Part shown: in pieces, positions 30,727-44,869 of the stretch | Layout of the letters: every line of letters starts with the position of its first letter | Position numbering within the stretch: position 1 is the stretch's first letter | Assembly (NCBI RefSeq): GCF_009914755.1 | Contig: NC_060933.1 | Length of the DNA stretch: 64,000 nucleotides | Origin: the human T2T-CHM13v2.0 reference genome, Homo sapiens | Direction: 5' to 3' (one strand) | The notes under the pieces: generated by a model | The model's input: the letters and a program-made list of their open reading frames with translations, nothing else | Database searches by the model: none | What the model was told of the DNA's origin: nothing | Made by a program: the position numbers and the translations under genes

Positions 30727-32619
30727 TCAAAGAGAAGCAAGGCAGCAGTGAAAAGACAACTGTACGTTTAAGCCTCTAAGGCCCAAGGAAAGCATTTGCT
30801 AAAAGAGCCAAGTCTCAGTGTCTTTTTTTCCCTTGGGGAAACAGAAGGGTGTAAGAAAATCGGAGTCAAGAAAATGTCCTGAGCTCCGCCTGCAGTAGCG
30901 GGAAGCCTAGGAGTAAAATAACACGTTTTTTAAAAATAAAGAAAGAAATTATTTTAAAAAAGAAAACAATGTCCTGAATTTCAATGGGGTGGGGGGGAGG
31001 GGAAGCTCCTGGGGATTACAAACTCGTTAACCTGCTATTCCTTTTCAGGCAATTTAACAGATGAATTGAAAGCAGTCCTAAAAGATTTAACTGATTACTA
31101 GAAACTTGCATAGATCCTCTAAGACCAAGGCATGTAAAACTACATTTTTCCATTTATTTACTGTCATTATGACTATAAAACAGATACTACCATGTATACA
31201 TTTCATCTTTATTTCAGAAATTACAGCATTGCTTGTAACATATCTGTCAGACAGCCAGAACAAACCAGGGAAACAGAAACCATTTAAACCTGTGGAAATC
31301 TAAAGCTGAAACTAGTAATTCTTTTAATGAGGGAGACTGAGAAGCCAAACAGAGAACAGGGAAGCAATTCAGAAATTAGCAATAGCAGAAAGCTGCTCCT
31401 ACCACTAGGCTATAGTGAAAAGGGGGAAGGCAGGGTTAATGGAGCCCAGGGATTAAAGTCACTTGACAGACACTGGAACCCAGTGGGCCTGTCCATTGGT
31501 ATCTGGAGCCAGGGAAGAGATACATCTTCTGCTGGAGAGGCCACAAAAGTATAGAGCATAGGGGAGAAATACCTTCCCTTCTCCCTCCAGTCCACCCTCT
31601 AGTGTTCCTGTCTTGCTTCCTATTGGCTGTCACGTTCCTAGGCTATACAGGCCACAGGAGTCTGCCTTCCTGCAACACAGAGCAGAGAAGAAAAAGTGAG
31701 AGATGGATCTGAAGGCAAACAGACCCAGGACACACAAAGCACACACACCTTGTGTATTGGGTGGTAAAAGGTGGGATAATAATACAGTTGACTAGATCTA
31801 TAACAGACTGAAAAGCTAGTAGTTGTTGAGTCAGGGACAACGAAGGCTGGCTGATGGCCTCAGTCAACTTGGAGACAATCTCCAAGTGCTAAGGGGTCTG
31901 TTATTCAGGTTGTAAGGATATAGCCAACCTAACTGAGCAGCAGATCATATATTTAGCAAAACTGATCTTATGACCTTAGGTTACATTAAAACCCTGGATA
32001 TTTGTGCTGCTTAGATAATATCTAGAATATAGATTGTGTTACATATCCTTTTTAAAGAACGTGGCAAAACTAAACTATAACCAAAGACTACTATCTGGAA
32101 ATGGGTCTGAAGACTGTATCTTGTGAGATATAGTTAAAGGAGGTAGGCATGTTTTACTTAGGGTTGAAAAGACTAGATGGAGTCTTCCCAGTTATATTCA
32201 AATATCAGAAGGGTTACCTGCAATAATTGCTAACACTAATTGAGTGTTTACTACGTTCTAGACATCTAACTAATTATTTAACACCCTTGTTAAGGATAAG
32301 TATTGCTGTATCCATTTCCTAAACAAGAAAACTGAGGGTTTAAGAGGTCATATAACTAGCCCTTGGCTAAAGCCTACTCAAACTGCTCAGATTCTGAACT
32401 CATGTTTTTAACTACGGTGCTTACCATATGTTGTGTTACTAAACTAGACAAATACCAATGGGTAGAAGCTACAAAGAGGCACAATTTTGCTTGGCATGAA
32501 GAAAATCTTTCCAATGGAAGTTTAACTTGCTTATTGTATAATCATGGCAAAGACTGCTTCTAGAGGAAGTAGGAGTTTCCATTCATAGATGTTTTCAGGC
32601 AAAAGTTATTTAGCAGTTT

Positions 32620-32970
32620 ACTAATATCAGAAGAAAAATATTACTAAAGATAACAAGGGACACTTCATAATGATAAAAGAGTGAGTTCTAAAGGAACACA
32701 TAACAATCCTAAATGTGTGTCCATTTAACAGTATAGCTTCAAAATATTAAACAACAATTGGCAGACTTAGGAGAACCAGTCAAATCCACAATTACATTTG
32801 AGATTTCAACTCATCTCTATTACAACTGATAGAACAAACAATTAAGAAAATAGAAAATCTGAACAACACAATTAGCCATCTTGACCTAATAGACATATGA
32901 TATATAGAACATACACCCAGCAACTACAGAACACACATTGTTTTCAAGCGTATGTGGAACAATCATCAAA
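32620..32970 (+). mobile_element. Old L1M ORF2 endonuclease fragment
   Basis: ataacaatcctaaatgtg...ttgacctaatagacat...tatagaacatacaccc text. Confidence 0.7.
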
Positions 32971-34669
32971 GCAATTATCTAGGAGAATTGCTGTAGAAGG
33001 TGTTTTTCATTGAGCAATAAGTCAGATGACTTGAATTTTTGGAGTACTTCCGCCTCTTAAATTCTAAAATTTACTCATCTTTTCCTAAGAATATCACCCT
33101 CAGTCCAGCTTCCCCACTGTGGGAAGCGATTCCTTTTCCACCACCTTCCAAATAAGAAAGAGGCTGTGGAGACATTTCTGATACTGCAAAAATGTAGGAT
33201 GTGGGCTCCTGTCCCTTCCCCAAACCTTGCTGATTCTTGTAGTGGAAGAGCTCTCTCTCTGTCTCCCTATCTGCTCCCTCATGTATCCCAAGTCAAAGCC
33301 TCAGCCAAGCTCCCAATTCCTGGCATCCCTACTTCTGAAATCACTTCTCAACCAGGACACCAAGATCAGTTTCTTGGTCCAAGCCACCTGCAATAGTGGG
33401 CTGGACCCTCACCCACAGTACTCTGCTCCTGTTCTTGTTCTACTTCATTCCCCAAAAGACTTGAGAGCTTACAGAAATAATCTACAGTATGATCATATAA
33501 AATGATTACAAAAGACATTGAACCAAGGGAAAATAAGTGTAGATAAATAATACAAAATGAGAGATAAAGTGAGTACTCGAAATACACACTTCGGGTACTG
33601 TTTGATTATGAAAGATAGGCCAAAGTTTTGGCTTCAAGGAGATTGGTGAGTCTAACAGGTCAAGTCCTTCAGTAGGCTGCTTCAGTGTCTGAATTGCCTT
33701 ATCTTCTACTACTGCTGGGTGCTCCTAAGAACCTCAGAGCATATTCCTCTATCTGCTTATGTTGCACCATCCCTAGACATCTGCAATTACACAGAGACAC
33801 ATCCTCTTATGGTGATTCCAATTAAGAATGCATTACAAAATAGTAATATGAATTTTACCCACCTCATAGGGTCTGCATATCATTTAAATGACATAATGTA
33901 TTATATGTATTATGTATATTTATACATTAGGGGGAAAGATGTCAGAGCTTTTTGGGACATACCAGGAGGCCCAGCTGGGTGTGCTGACCACATGGAGACG
34001 AGAACTTCAAGGGAGAGCCAAAGTGCACGCAGGTTCTGGTGGATGTTTCATTGTGCAGTGACCCTGCTCTCTAGTGAACCCAGATCTAGTGGGTGTTGTT
34101 TGCTATAATGAATCAAATTGTCAACTCTTAACATTGAGACCCACAACACAGGAGGGGAACAGAGGGGCAAAAATTGTGAAGAACGGCATGAACATTCCTT
34201 CTCTTCCATAGGATGTAAAAGGACGTGGCACAAAGCTCAACACATAGAAAACAATAAGTAAATCATACACATCAGATGGTTTTCACATGGTTGTTACCAT
34301 TATTTTAATGTGAAATTGTTTTTCACAAAGTTTGTACCTATTTATACTTCCAACAATTTAGGAGAAAAAAGTTGTATCACACCTCTGCCTTTACTTCAAG
34401 ACTACACTTACTTCAAAAATTGTATTGAAATTTAATTTCTTAAAAGAATATTTCCTACCGAATGGAAGCCAGTGCTCATCCCCTCTTCCTCTCACCAAAT
34501 ATCAACAGGTGACTTTCCACACTGCCTGGTAACTGCATATGGTATTGATATTTGTTTATTTTTAGCTATTATCTAAGACCACTGGAAGGTTTGTTCTTGT
34601 GTCTTCTAGTCTCTTGGAATATCATGCCTATTTTACTTATTTTTAAAGTTTTTATAAGGTTGTAATGTT

Positions 34670-35712
<1,043 letters not shown>

Positions 35713-36451
35713 ACTTAGATCTCAGCTTTCTTGAGGCAGGGAGCCATATCTGTTTAATTCACTCAGCATATACTGCAAAGAAGCAGGTGTGTGTATGAAC
35801 TGTGTGTGTTTGTGTGTATGTATCTGCATGTGTTAGGGAGAAGTGCAGAATAAATATACCCAACTCTTTACTATGTATAGACATTATCTAGGTCTTTATT
35901 TTTTTTCTCTTCTTAATCTCAAAGAAAACAGAGGAAAGGAGGAAGTAAAAAGTAAATTTTTGCCTGAAGATGTTTGGAAAAAATACCAAATAAAGTGAGA
36001 TAGTGGGTAATCTAGTGATTTTTATTTTTCCGTCCTCTTTCTGGCCTCCAATTGTGAAATAATTTATAGCACTGTAAGAAAGAAGCCACAAATTGTGGTA
36101 GCTTGGACCACTGTTGAGGTCTGGAATCAGAATTCCAATGTTCAAATATTGGTCCTACCAGTTATAAGCTCTATGACTATGAACAAAACACTCAACTTCT
36201 CTATCTTCAGTAACCGTCCACAAGAATTGGGAATATCAACAATGCCATCTTTATTGCATTGTAAGAATTAAATAATTCAATATATGTGGAAAATAGCATG
36301 ATATCAGGGATATACAATGTGTTTACAAATGATAACCATTATTACTTAATATTGATAGTGATAATTTTATTCATTTCACATGGCATGAAGTACCAAGCTC
36401 TATAGGAATCAGAAAATAAAGTCTTATTTCTTTTTCTTCTCTATTGTCCAG

Positions 36452-36721
36452 CTTCCTACAGGAAAATAAACACTCACATCCTAAAGGTTCCAGAAACAGA
36501 TGAGGTAGAGCTCACCTGCCAGGCTACAGGTTATCCTCTGGCAGAAGTATCCTGGCCAAACGTCAGCGTTCCTGCCAACACCAGCCACTCCAGGACCCCT
36601 GAAGGCCTCTACCAGGTCACCAGTGTTCTGCGCCTAAAGCCACCCCCTGGCAGAAACTTCAGCTGTGTGTTCTGGAATACTCACGTGAGGGAACTTACTT
36701 TGGCCAGCATTGACCTTCAAA
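36452..36721 (+). CDS. PDCD1LG2: PD-L2 exon 4: IgC domain
   Basis: Polypyrimidine tract, then gtccag|CT TCC TAC AGG; encodes SYRKINTHILKVPETDEVELTCQATGYPLAEVSWPNVS...RNFSCVFWNTHVRELTLASIDLQ; donor CAAA|gtaaga; 270 nt, phase 1-1. Not in the ORF track. Confidence 0.98.
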
Positions 36722-36747
36722 GTAAGAGCTGCCCCCACTTCCTAGGT

Positions 36748-37219
36748 CTATCAGTTAGGGTTCAGACAAGAAACAGATGGCATACTCGAGTGATTTGAGG
36801 AGAGTGTAATAAAGGGACTGTTTACAAAGGTGTGATCACCATTTGGAGAAACTACAAAGGATAGTGCAGAACACTGGGGCTTCAATGTTGGGAGGGCAAT
36901 TACCACTGTTGGAGAAGTTACTGGAATCAGAAGGGAGCTGTAGGGAAAGCCCCACTTCCCAGGAGCTGTAGCCACAGAATAGGGAAGCTGCCACATGCAG
37001 CGACTCCAAAGGGTGGAAACTGGATGAATGAATACCCCAACTCATTCTCCTCCCACCCTCCAATCTCCTGCTAGCACCTCCCATTGGCTGAACCCAGCTA
37101 GAAGTCAGAGAATACAAGGGTCCACTGTTGTATTCCATAAAAGTCAACTTCTCAGGGCTCAGAGCAATATTGACATGTACAGAATAGATCTGGAGAGGAA
37201 ACAGAAAATATCTAGTACA
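36748..37219 (-). mobile_element. LTR33-like ERVL LTR beginning ~27 nt after the exon 4 donor
   Basis: Reverse complement resembles the sense copy at 62030-62567 (ctccagatc, gggttcagccaatggg) and the recalled LTR33 consensus. Confidence 0.72.
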
Positions 37220-37529
37220 ATAGCTAATCACTGTGATTCATGCACAGTGTCATGAGCCAGCAGGATGAATATTCCTTTGCTGTACTTGCTGCCAGTCAGC
37301 TGGTTATGGGTTTTTCCAAGAAATTTGGTCTCTAACAAAATTCTTCAGAGCCTTTACTGACTATGCTGGATATTTTTGGAAGGGATCCCATACTTTTGAA
37401 CTTCATACAGCAGAATTTCAAACAATCTTGGGAAAATAACAACTTTTATCTGCCCAGTAAGGACAACTAACACCTAGTATCATAATCATTTCGTAAGAGA
37501 CAGGTAATTTCATCACCGAGTGCATATGT

Positions 37530-38310
<781 letters not shown>

Positions 38311-38429
38311 TTTTATTTATCCTACTGAGAAGGGATATACTCTCAGACTAAAGGACAGTCCCTAGTACTGATTCAATCTGGCTTTATAGAAAATTCACTA
38401 TATTGTCATTGTATTTCACAGTTTGCCCT

Positions 38430-39620
38430 TTGTCTTAGCTGGTAAGACAGAGCCTATGATAAGGACTTGTGTGGCATGCAGGTATTTAATTGGCAACCCC
38501 AGAGGGCAGAAGCAAGAGATTTAGGAGTTTAAGAGAGGGTAATATAAGAGTATATTATCAAAGTTGTAGTGTGGACAACAGAAACTCAAATATTCAAGGA
38601 CCAGCATGTAGACAGCCTCCTAAGATGTCTACTCAGACAAAGAATTTCAGGTGGAAGGACTTGTTCATCTGCTTCACGCCCATTGGTTGACAGGAATATG
38701 AACTCCATTCTGCTGCTGGGCTAGACATGCATGTGGGCTGAGTGAGCTTTCCCCAGTATCCGTAGCATCAGAAAAGTCGCAGGGCAGAAAGAAAAGTATC
38801 CAATTTGAGGTGAATTACTGACCTTGAAGTGAGTGTAAGCCTAACTAGAATTCTACCCCAGCTGGCTGAAGTGAAAGGTGAGGCTGAGAGGAAATAAGGC
38901 AGGACTGCACAGTCCCCAATTGTACTGTTCAAATCCACTCATGCCCTTCATTAAGTCAGCTCTGCCACTGAGCCTTCCAGCTGGGAGGCAGCCACAATCT
39001 CTGCAGAAGATTTAATATACACCAGTTTGTGGAACAAGCTGTAGTTCCTGCTGCTGCTGTGGATCCCAAGCCACAGTTGATATTTGTTGTCTCACTCATC
39101 CACCATACATTCCAGATTTCCCTCACCTAACACCCCAGATGGAATGGTTTCTTTGCCTGATAGGGTGACCCAGACTTAACGACCCTAAGAGATCTGAGCT
39201 TTTGATCAGCATGCCCTTAACAGACTGGGGTTGTTGCAAATATCTTTTCATTATCACTGGATATGGAAGTAAAAAGAACCAGTGAATCAGCGGACCCCTG
39301 AGTTCCAGACATACTCTTCCTTGTCTCCATTATGTAGCAGTGTTCAAGATTTTCATGATAATCAAGATTGATTTCTCCACCAGTATGGTAATTTTTTTCT
39401 TTGCTCACTGGTCTGCCAATATTAAGAGCTCAAGGTGGCCAGGCCAGTAGCAGAGCTTTAGATGCAGTAGAACAAGCAGAGTATCCCCTGCTAGAATTCC
39501 CCGTAGGAAGCCAGACCTTTGATTCAGCAGAGCCTAAATGTGTGGGGTTGAGTGAACTTCTATACGTGAGTCATTAGAAGTAATGGTGAGAGGGGCCAAC
39601 CTGCAGCACTGGGATAGCCC
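38430..39620 (-). mobile_element. Degraded ERVL LTR/internal fragment including a dUTPase remnant
   Basis: Minus-strand GEINLDYHENL resembles dUTPase motif 3 (GVIDxDYxxEI) of ERVL pol; bounds approximate. Confidence 0.5.
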
Positions 39621-40066
39621 TGGTACAGACGTAGAACATGCTTGAGGAGGTTGTCAGGAGGAAATGAGTTAGACCTTGCACAGAACTACCACCATCAAGT
39701 ACAGTTGGGGTGAGGCAGACATGGTATGAGTTGAGGCATCAGAGATATCTGATGCTTTATGCCAAATTAAAATTAATTTTTTCATGGAGTGACACTGATC
39801 CACAGACCAGACTCCAAGAACTTTGCAGTGACTAAATACCCATCTCATCATAACTTTCCTGGTATTTTCTTCTGGAAAAAATTCTTCCCTGATACAGTTT
39901 TCAGAGGCAGCTAGATGCACTGTCATCTCTCCCCTTTTCCCACTTCCCTACCTATCCACAATTTACTACCCAATGCCAACACTAAAGTTAGCCCAACTTC
40001 CTTCTAACTAAATTATTAGTTTAGAAGGAAAGAGAGGAGTCATGCTAAGGATCTTAACTGAAATCA

Positions 40067-40288
<222 letters not shown>

Positions 40289-42249
40289 CTAGAAATCCAT
40301 CAATTTTAGGACCAACTTCAGGTAAAAAAATGAATTAGGCAAGTTGGTCTTTCAACATTCTCTACCTCTCTTTATATCATGGTTGAGACCACAGACTTCT
40401 CACCTCATGAAAGATGAACTCTAACTAATTCATACTAAAGCTAAAGCCTCTAAAGAGGATTAAATATGAGCAATCCCACGAGAACTTTTTTCCCCTGGAA
40501 TTGTTTATTCAACTGTCGTTCGTTATATGGAATTTCCTGCCTGGTTAAGTGTAGGCCAGTACTTTGGATGAATTGTAGTTTTCTAGAAAGACGCTTCTTA
40601 TATAAGAACCTCTCCAGGGAAACAGGGGCCTGTATGAGATGAATTGAGAAATAACTTTACACCACTGATTATGTCAGTGTTCTATTCTGCATGGTAGAGA
40701 TGTGAAAGGGCAGACTGACCATTGCTCTGGAAGCCTTTACGCTGTGAGAAGTTAACAGTGGAGTAAAATGGCCACTCCACTCTCTTCATGGAAGCCAACA
40801 TGGCTTACTAAATAGTCAACAACCATGGGAGAGACCTGTGGGGTCTTCATCAGAGCTCAGGATCTCCTAGGGTATCACTCATAAATACAGCCATCAGGGA
40901 GATGGAGAAATCTTTGTGCAGCCAGAAATTCTCAACCTGGTTTTACCCATCCTTCCCAACTTTGTATTCGTCCTACTGTTTACTGACATGGATCCTCTGC
41001 TTCATTAACCATCCCTTCCTCACCACATGCTCTCTGAACTTGGCTGCACCTTTTCTACCTCCATGCCTTCTTTGCTCAGGTTTTTCCACATAAATATCAT
41101 TATTTCCCTCTCTACTAGCTCCAAGCCCACCCTCTCTCTGGGGCAGCTCAGTCACTCCAGGGCACAAGGGGGTCTTTCCCTCATCCCACATTTTGAGACC
41201 TACTACCTGGACCATTTGTTTGCCTTGTAACTATGCTTGCCTTTTTAATTGCTATTTTATTTTCCATGTATTTTCATTGTTCACACAAGTCTTCTTTATT
41301 CCACACTAAGGCAAAAGCAGAGTCCTGTGTTCATAATAAGTGCTCAACAAATGTTGGGTTGATTGGGTTGGAGATTCCATCTTAGATAATCGCAGTCCCA
41401 TCATGCCAGCTACCAGACTGTGTGGACAGCCAGGTCAGAGCAGCCAAATGATATTCTAGCTTGTGGCACAAATACCAGCAACAAAATAACCAAAGTCACA
41501 CATCTGCCTCTGAGTTCCTGGCTTCTATTTCTCAAGGGCATTTTTAAGTTGTCTTATGACTGTTCCCTTTCTACTCATTCTCATAAATTGAGCTGTGGAC
41601 TGCTGTGACCCACAAGCTTCTCCGGAAGTCAATGTATAAAACAAACACGGAAACGAAGAGTATGGTGGGTGGAGGGTACTCCACTGACTCTAGAATGGAT
41701 GACTGAACATTCCAAATTTCAAGCACAAGTTAGGGAGCAACAGATCATTTTCCTTTTGAAATAGGGTTTCTTCTGCTCAGCCAGTTGTTGTATTTTCATT
41801 AGGAAATGGAATGGGACTACAGCACAAAAAATAAATATAAAAGGACCCTTGTAGGGCTGGCAGAAAAGAGAATCCTTCCTAGGAGACCTGGAGGTGATTC
41901 CAGGCAGTGGTTGAGAGCATGGGCTCTGATGTCAGACAGGCTTAAATTTCAAACTCTCTCTCTATTAGCTTTGAGAACCTAAATATCCTACTTAGCCACT
42001 CTAGCACTCAGTCTCTCATGTGTAGCATGAGGGTGAGTAGTGGTAGACAGTTTATAGGGTTATAGTGAGGATTAAATGAAATGTGCTTATAAAGTGCTTA
42101 GTACTCAGAAAGTGTGCAAACAGTAAAAAAAAATGGTATATCTAGCAAGTTGCATGCCTTACTTGTGAGTTCATGAAGTTGTGGCAAGGATAAGACAAAT
42201 ATTTTTTGCCATTGCATCATTATATCATTGCTAAGAGTATGCCATTATT

Positions 42250-42572
<323 letters not shown>

Positions 42573-44294
42573 AAAGAGTATGCAAGAATTTTAAAACAAC
42601 TTAGAGGAATATGTATGAGGATACAGGCTAAGCTACCATAATGAAGAGACCTCGAAATACAGTGAGAAGCGAGACAGAAGTATCTTTCGTTCCATGTAAC
42701 ACTCAGGTGGTTCAGAGCAGCTAAGCAGCTATGTTCCATAGAGTCATTCAGTGATCCAGATTATTTTCATCTGTTGCTCTGCCATTCTCCAGGATGTTGT
42801 CCCTATAAAATTGTCAAAGCTCAGTCAGTGCCAAACCCATGTTTCAACCTTCAGAAAGTAAACGAGTGGTGGAAAACACATTCAATGTTTTAAGGCCAAG
42901 ACCTTGAAAACTCACTCTCTTAGCCTGAACTTAGATTACATGGCTGGGCCCACTTAACTATAGGGGAGGCTTGGAAACATAGTCTCTGAGAAGCCATGTG
43001 TCCAGCTAATTCCCTAATACTAAAGTTGAAAGAAAGAATGGATTAACCAGCAGTATACCACAAGGTAACAAATGACTAGGAGGATCAGGCTAGGTGGACT
43101 AGAAAAGAGACAGTCAATTCAGTGCAACAATTCCATATTGACACTTTTCATGTAGCTGTTGCTTGGCTCTATCTAGAGAGGACTCAGAGGTAGTTTAGAT
43201 AAGGCCTTTGCCCTCCAAATACAGTCTAAGCAGACTGATTTCCTACTGGATGTTCAACTTTGGAGTCTTCAGGGATGAGTAGGGCTTCTGTACGTGGAAG
43301 AGACTATGAGGGAACCTGCACAGGACAAGGGTTTGCATAAAGACACTGAGGTAGGGACCTCTCCTGTTGTGGGGACAGTGAGAGGCCCAGGTCTCCTTGA
43401 CTCACAAAGTGCTTACTAAGCACTTACTAGAAATTAAGAAGCAGATTATAATCAATATGGGTTATCCAATGTTTGGATGAGCAAGGCTCCTTATCTTTTC
43501 TTCGTTAATGTTAATCACACTCTTTTGGATGGAGACAAATATCTGTGGGGGCTGAGCTTTGGGTCAGATAGATCTGGGTTTGCAATCCTGGCATTGACTT
43601 TTACTTAGCAGTGATGACCTCACATAGATTATTTAGCAACTCTGAGACTTACTTCCTCAACTCTAAAATGAGGGGCTCAGACTAAATAATGTCTAATCTC
43701 TTCTCCAGTAAAACAATCCGTGGTTCTCAGATAGCACTGTGCTGGAGGTAGTGGGGTTTGAGGGCTGGGAAGTTGGGAGGACTGAGCCCTTCCCGCTGAG
43801 CAGTTTCGTCCAGTTTTTCCTGTACCAGCCTGTCATGTTTATTCCATGTGAATGACTCCAGAGGCAAAATTCAAGCTTTTGAATAGGGCACAAATTAACT
43901 TGAGTACCCTTTCATTTCCCTGTAGGTGAACACTCCTCTAGCCCTGCCTTTTGTCAGTCTGGAGCCCTTGTTCTAATCTGTACACACCAGAGGACTTTAC
44001 AAGGCTTTCCCCAGCCTCCAGAATTATTCTTCTGATCCACCCTCTACTAAACTCACCCTTTCCTCAGTGCTAGGACGTTGAAAAACCGAAACAAGGCAAA
44101 GGGCCAATTGTAATAATTCACACTAAGGCATGAGTGACTAGGTTTAGTATATTAACACTACCTAGGATATTCTATTTCTTCCAAAAGGATCCTGTTAATC
44201 CTTGAAATTTAACAACTAATGGTATAGATTCTAAGCACTGTGAGTACTTGTCAGTGGGGGAAAGACATTTTTGGGCTGAGAGACTTTGCCACTG

Positions 44295-44630
44295 GGAAGA
44301 GAGAGAGGATGAGGAGGAGAAGGGGGATAGGGAGGAAAAAGAGAAAAAAGAAAGAAAGATGATTAGATGATGGATGGATGGATTGATGGATGGATGGAAA
44401 AAAATAACATGAGAGAGTGGTAAAAAGCACAGAATCTGGAACCAGACTGTATCTTAGCTGGGTCACTTACTATGTAACTTAGGGAAAGCTTCCTAGTCTC
44501 TCTGTGCCTCCCTTTCTTCACCAGTGAAATGGGGATCATAGCAGAGCCAACTTCACAGAGTGGTTGCGAGGAGTGGATGAGCTGATAGGTGCAGAGCACT
44601 TAGAATAGGGCCTGGTGTGGAGTAAATGCT
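44295..44630 (+). repeat. GA-rich tract, (GGAT)n and MIR upstream of exon 5
   Basis: Purine tract, gatggatggatg repeat, MIR core text. Confidence 0.7.
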
Positions 44631-44734
44631 CCACAGAGCTAGCCGTGTTGGCTGTCACCCACTCATGTGGCCAGCCTGTTGGTCTACCTCTTAGTTGCCA
44701 TGTAACAGGATTCTGGTGCTTTTCCTTTGCCCAG

Positions 44735-44869
44735 GTCAGATGGAACCCAGGACCCATCCAACTTGGCTGCTTCACATTTTCATCCCCTCCTGCATCATTG
44801 CTTTCATTTTCATAGCCACAGTGATAGCCCTAAGAAAACAACTCTGTCAAAAGCTGTATTCTTCAAAAG
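44735..44869 (+). CDS. PDCD1LG2: PD-L2 exon 5: stalk, transmembrane helix and juxtamembrane tail
   Basis: Acceptor tttgcccag|GT CAG ATG; encodes QMEPRTHPTWLLHIFIPSCIIAFIFIATVIALRKQLCQKLYSSK; donor AAAG|gtaagt; 135 nt. Confidence 0.98.
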
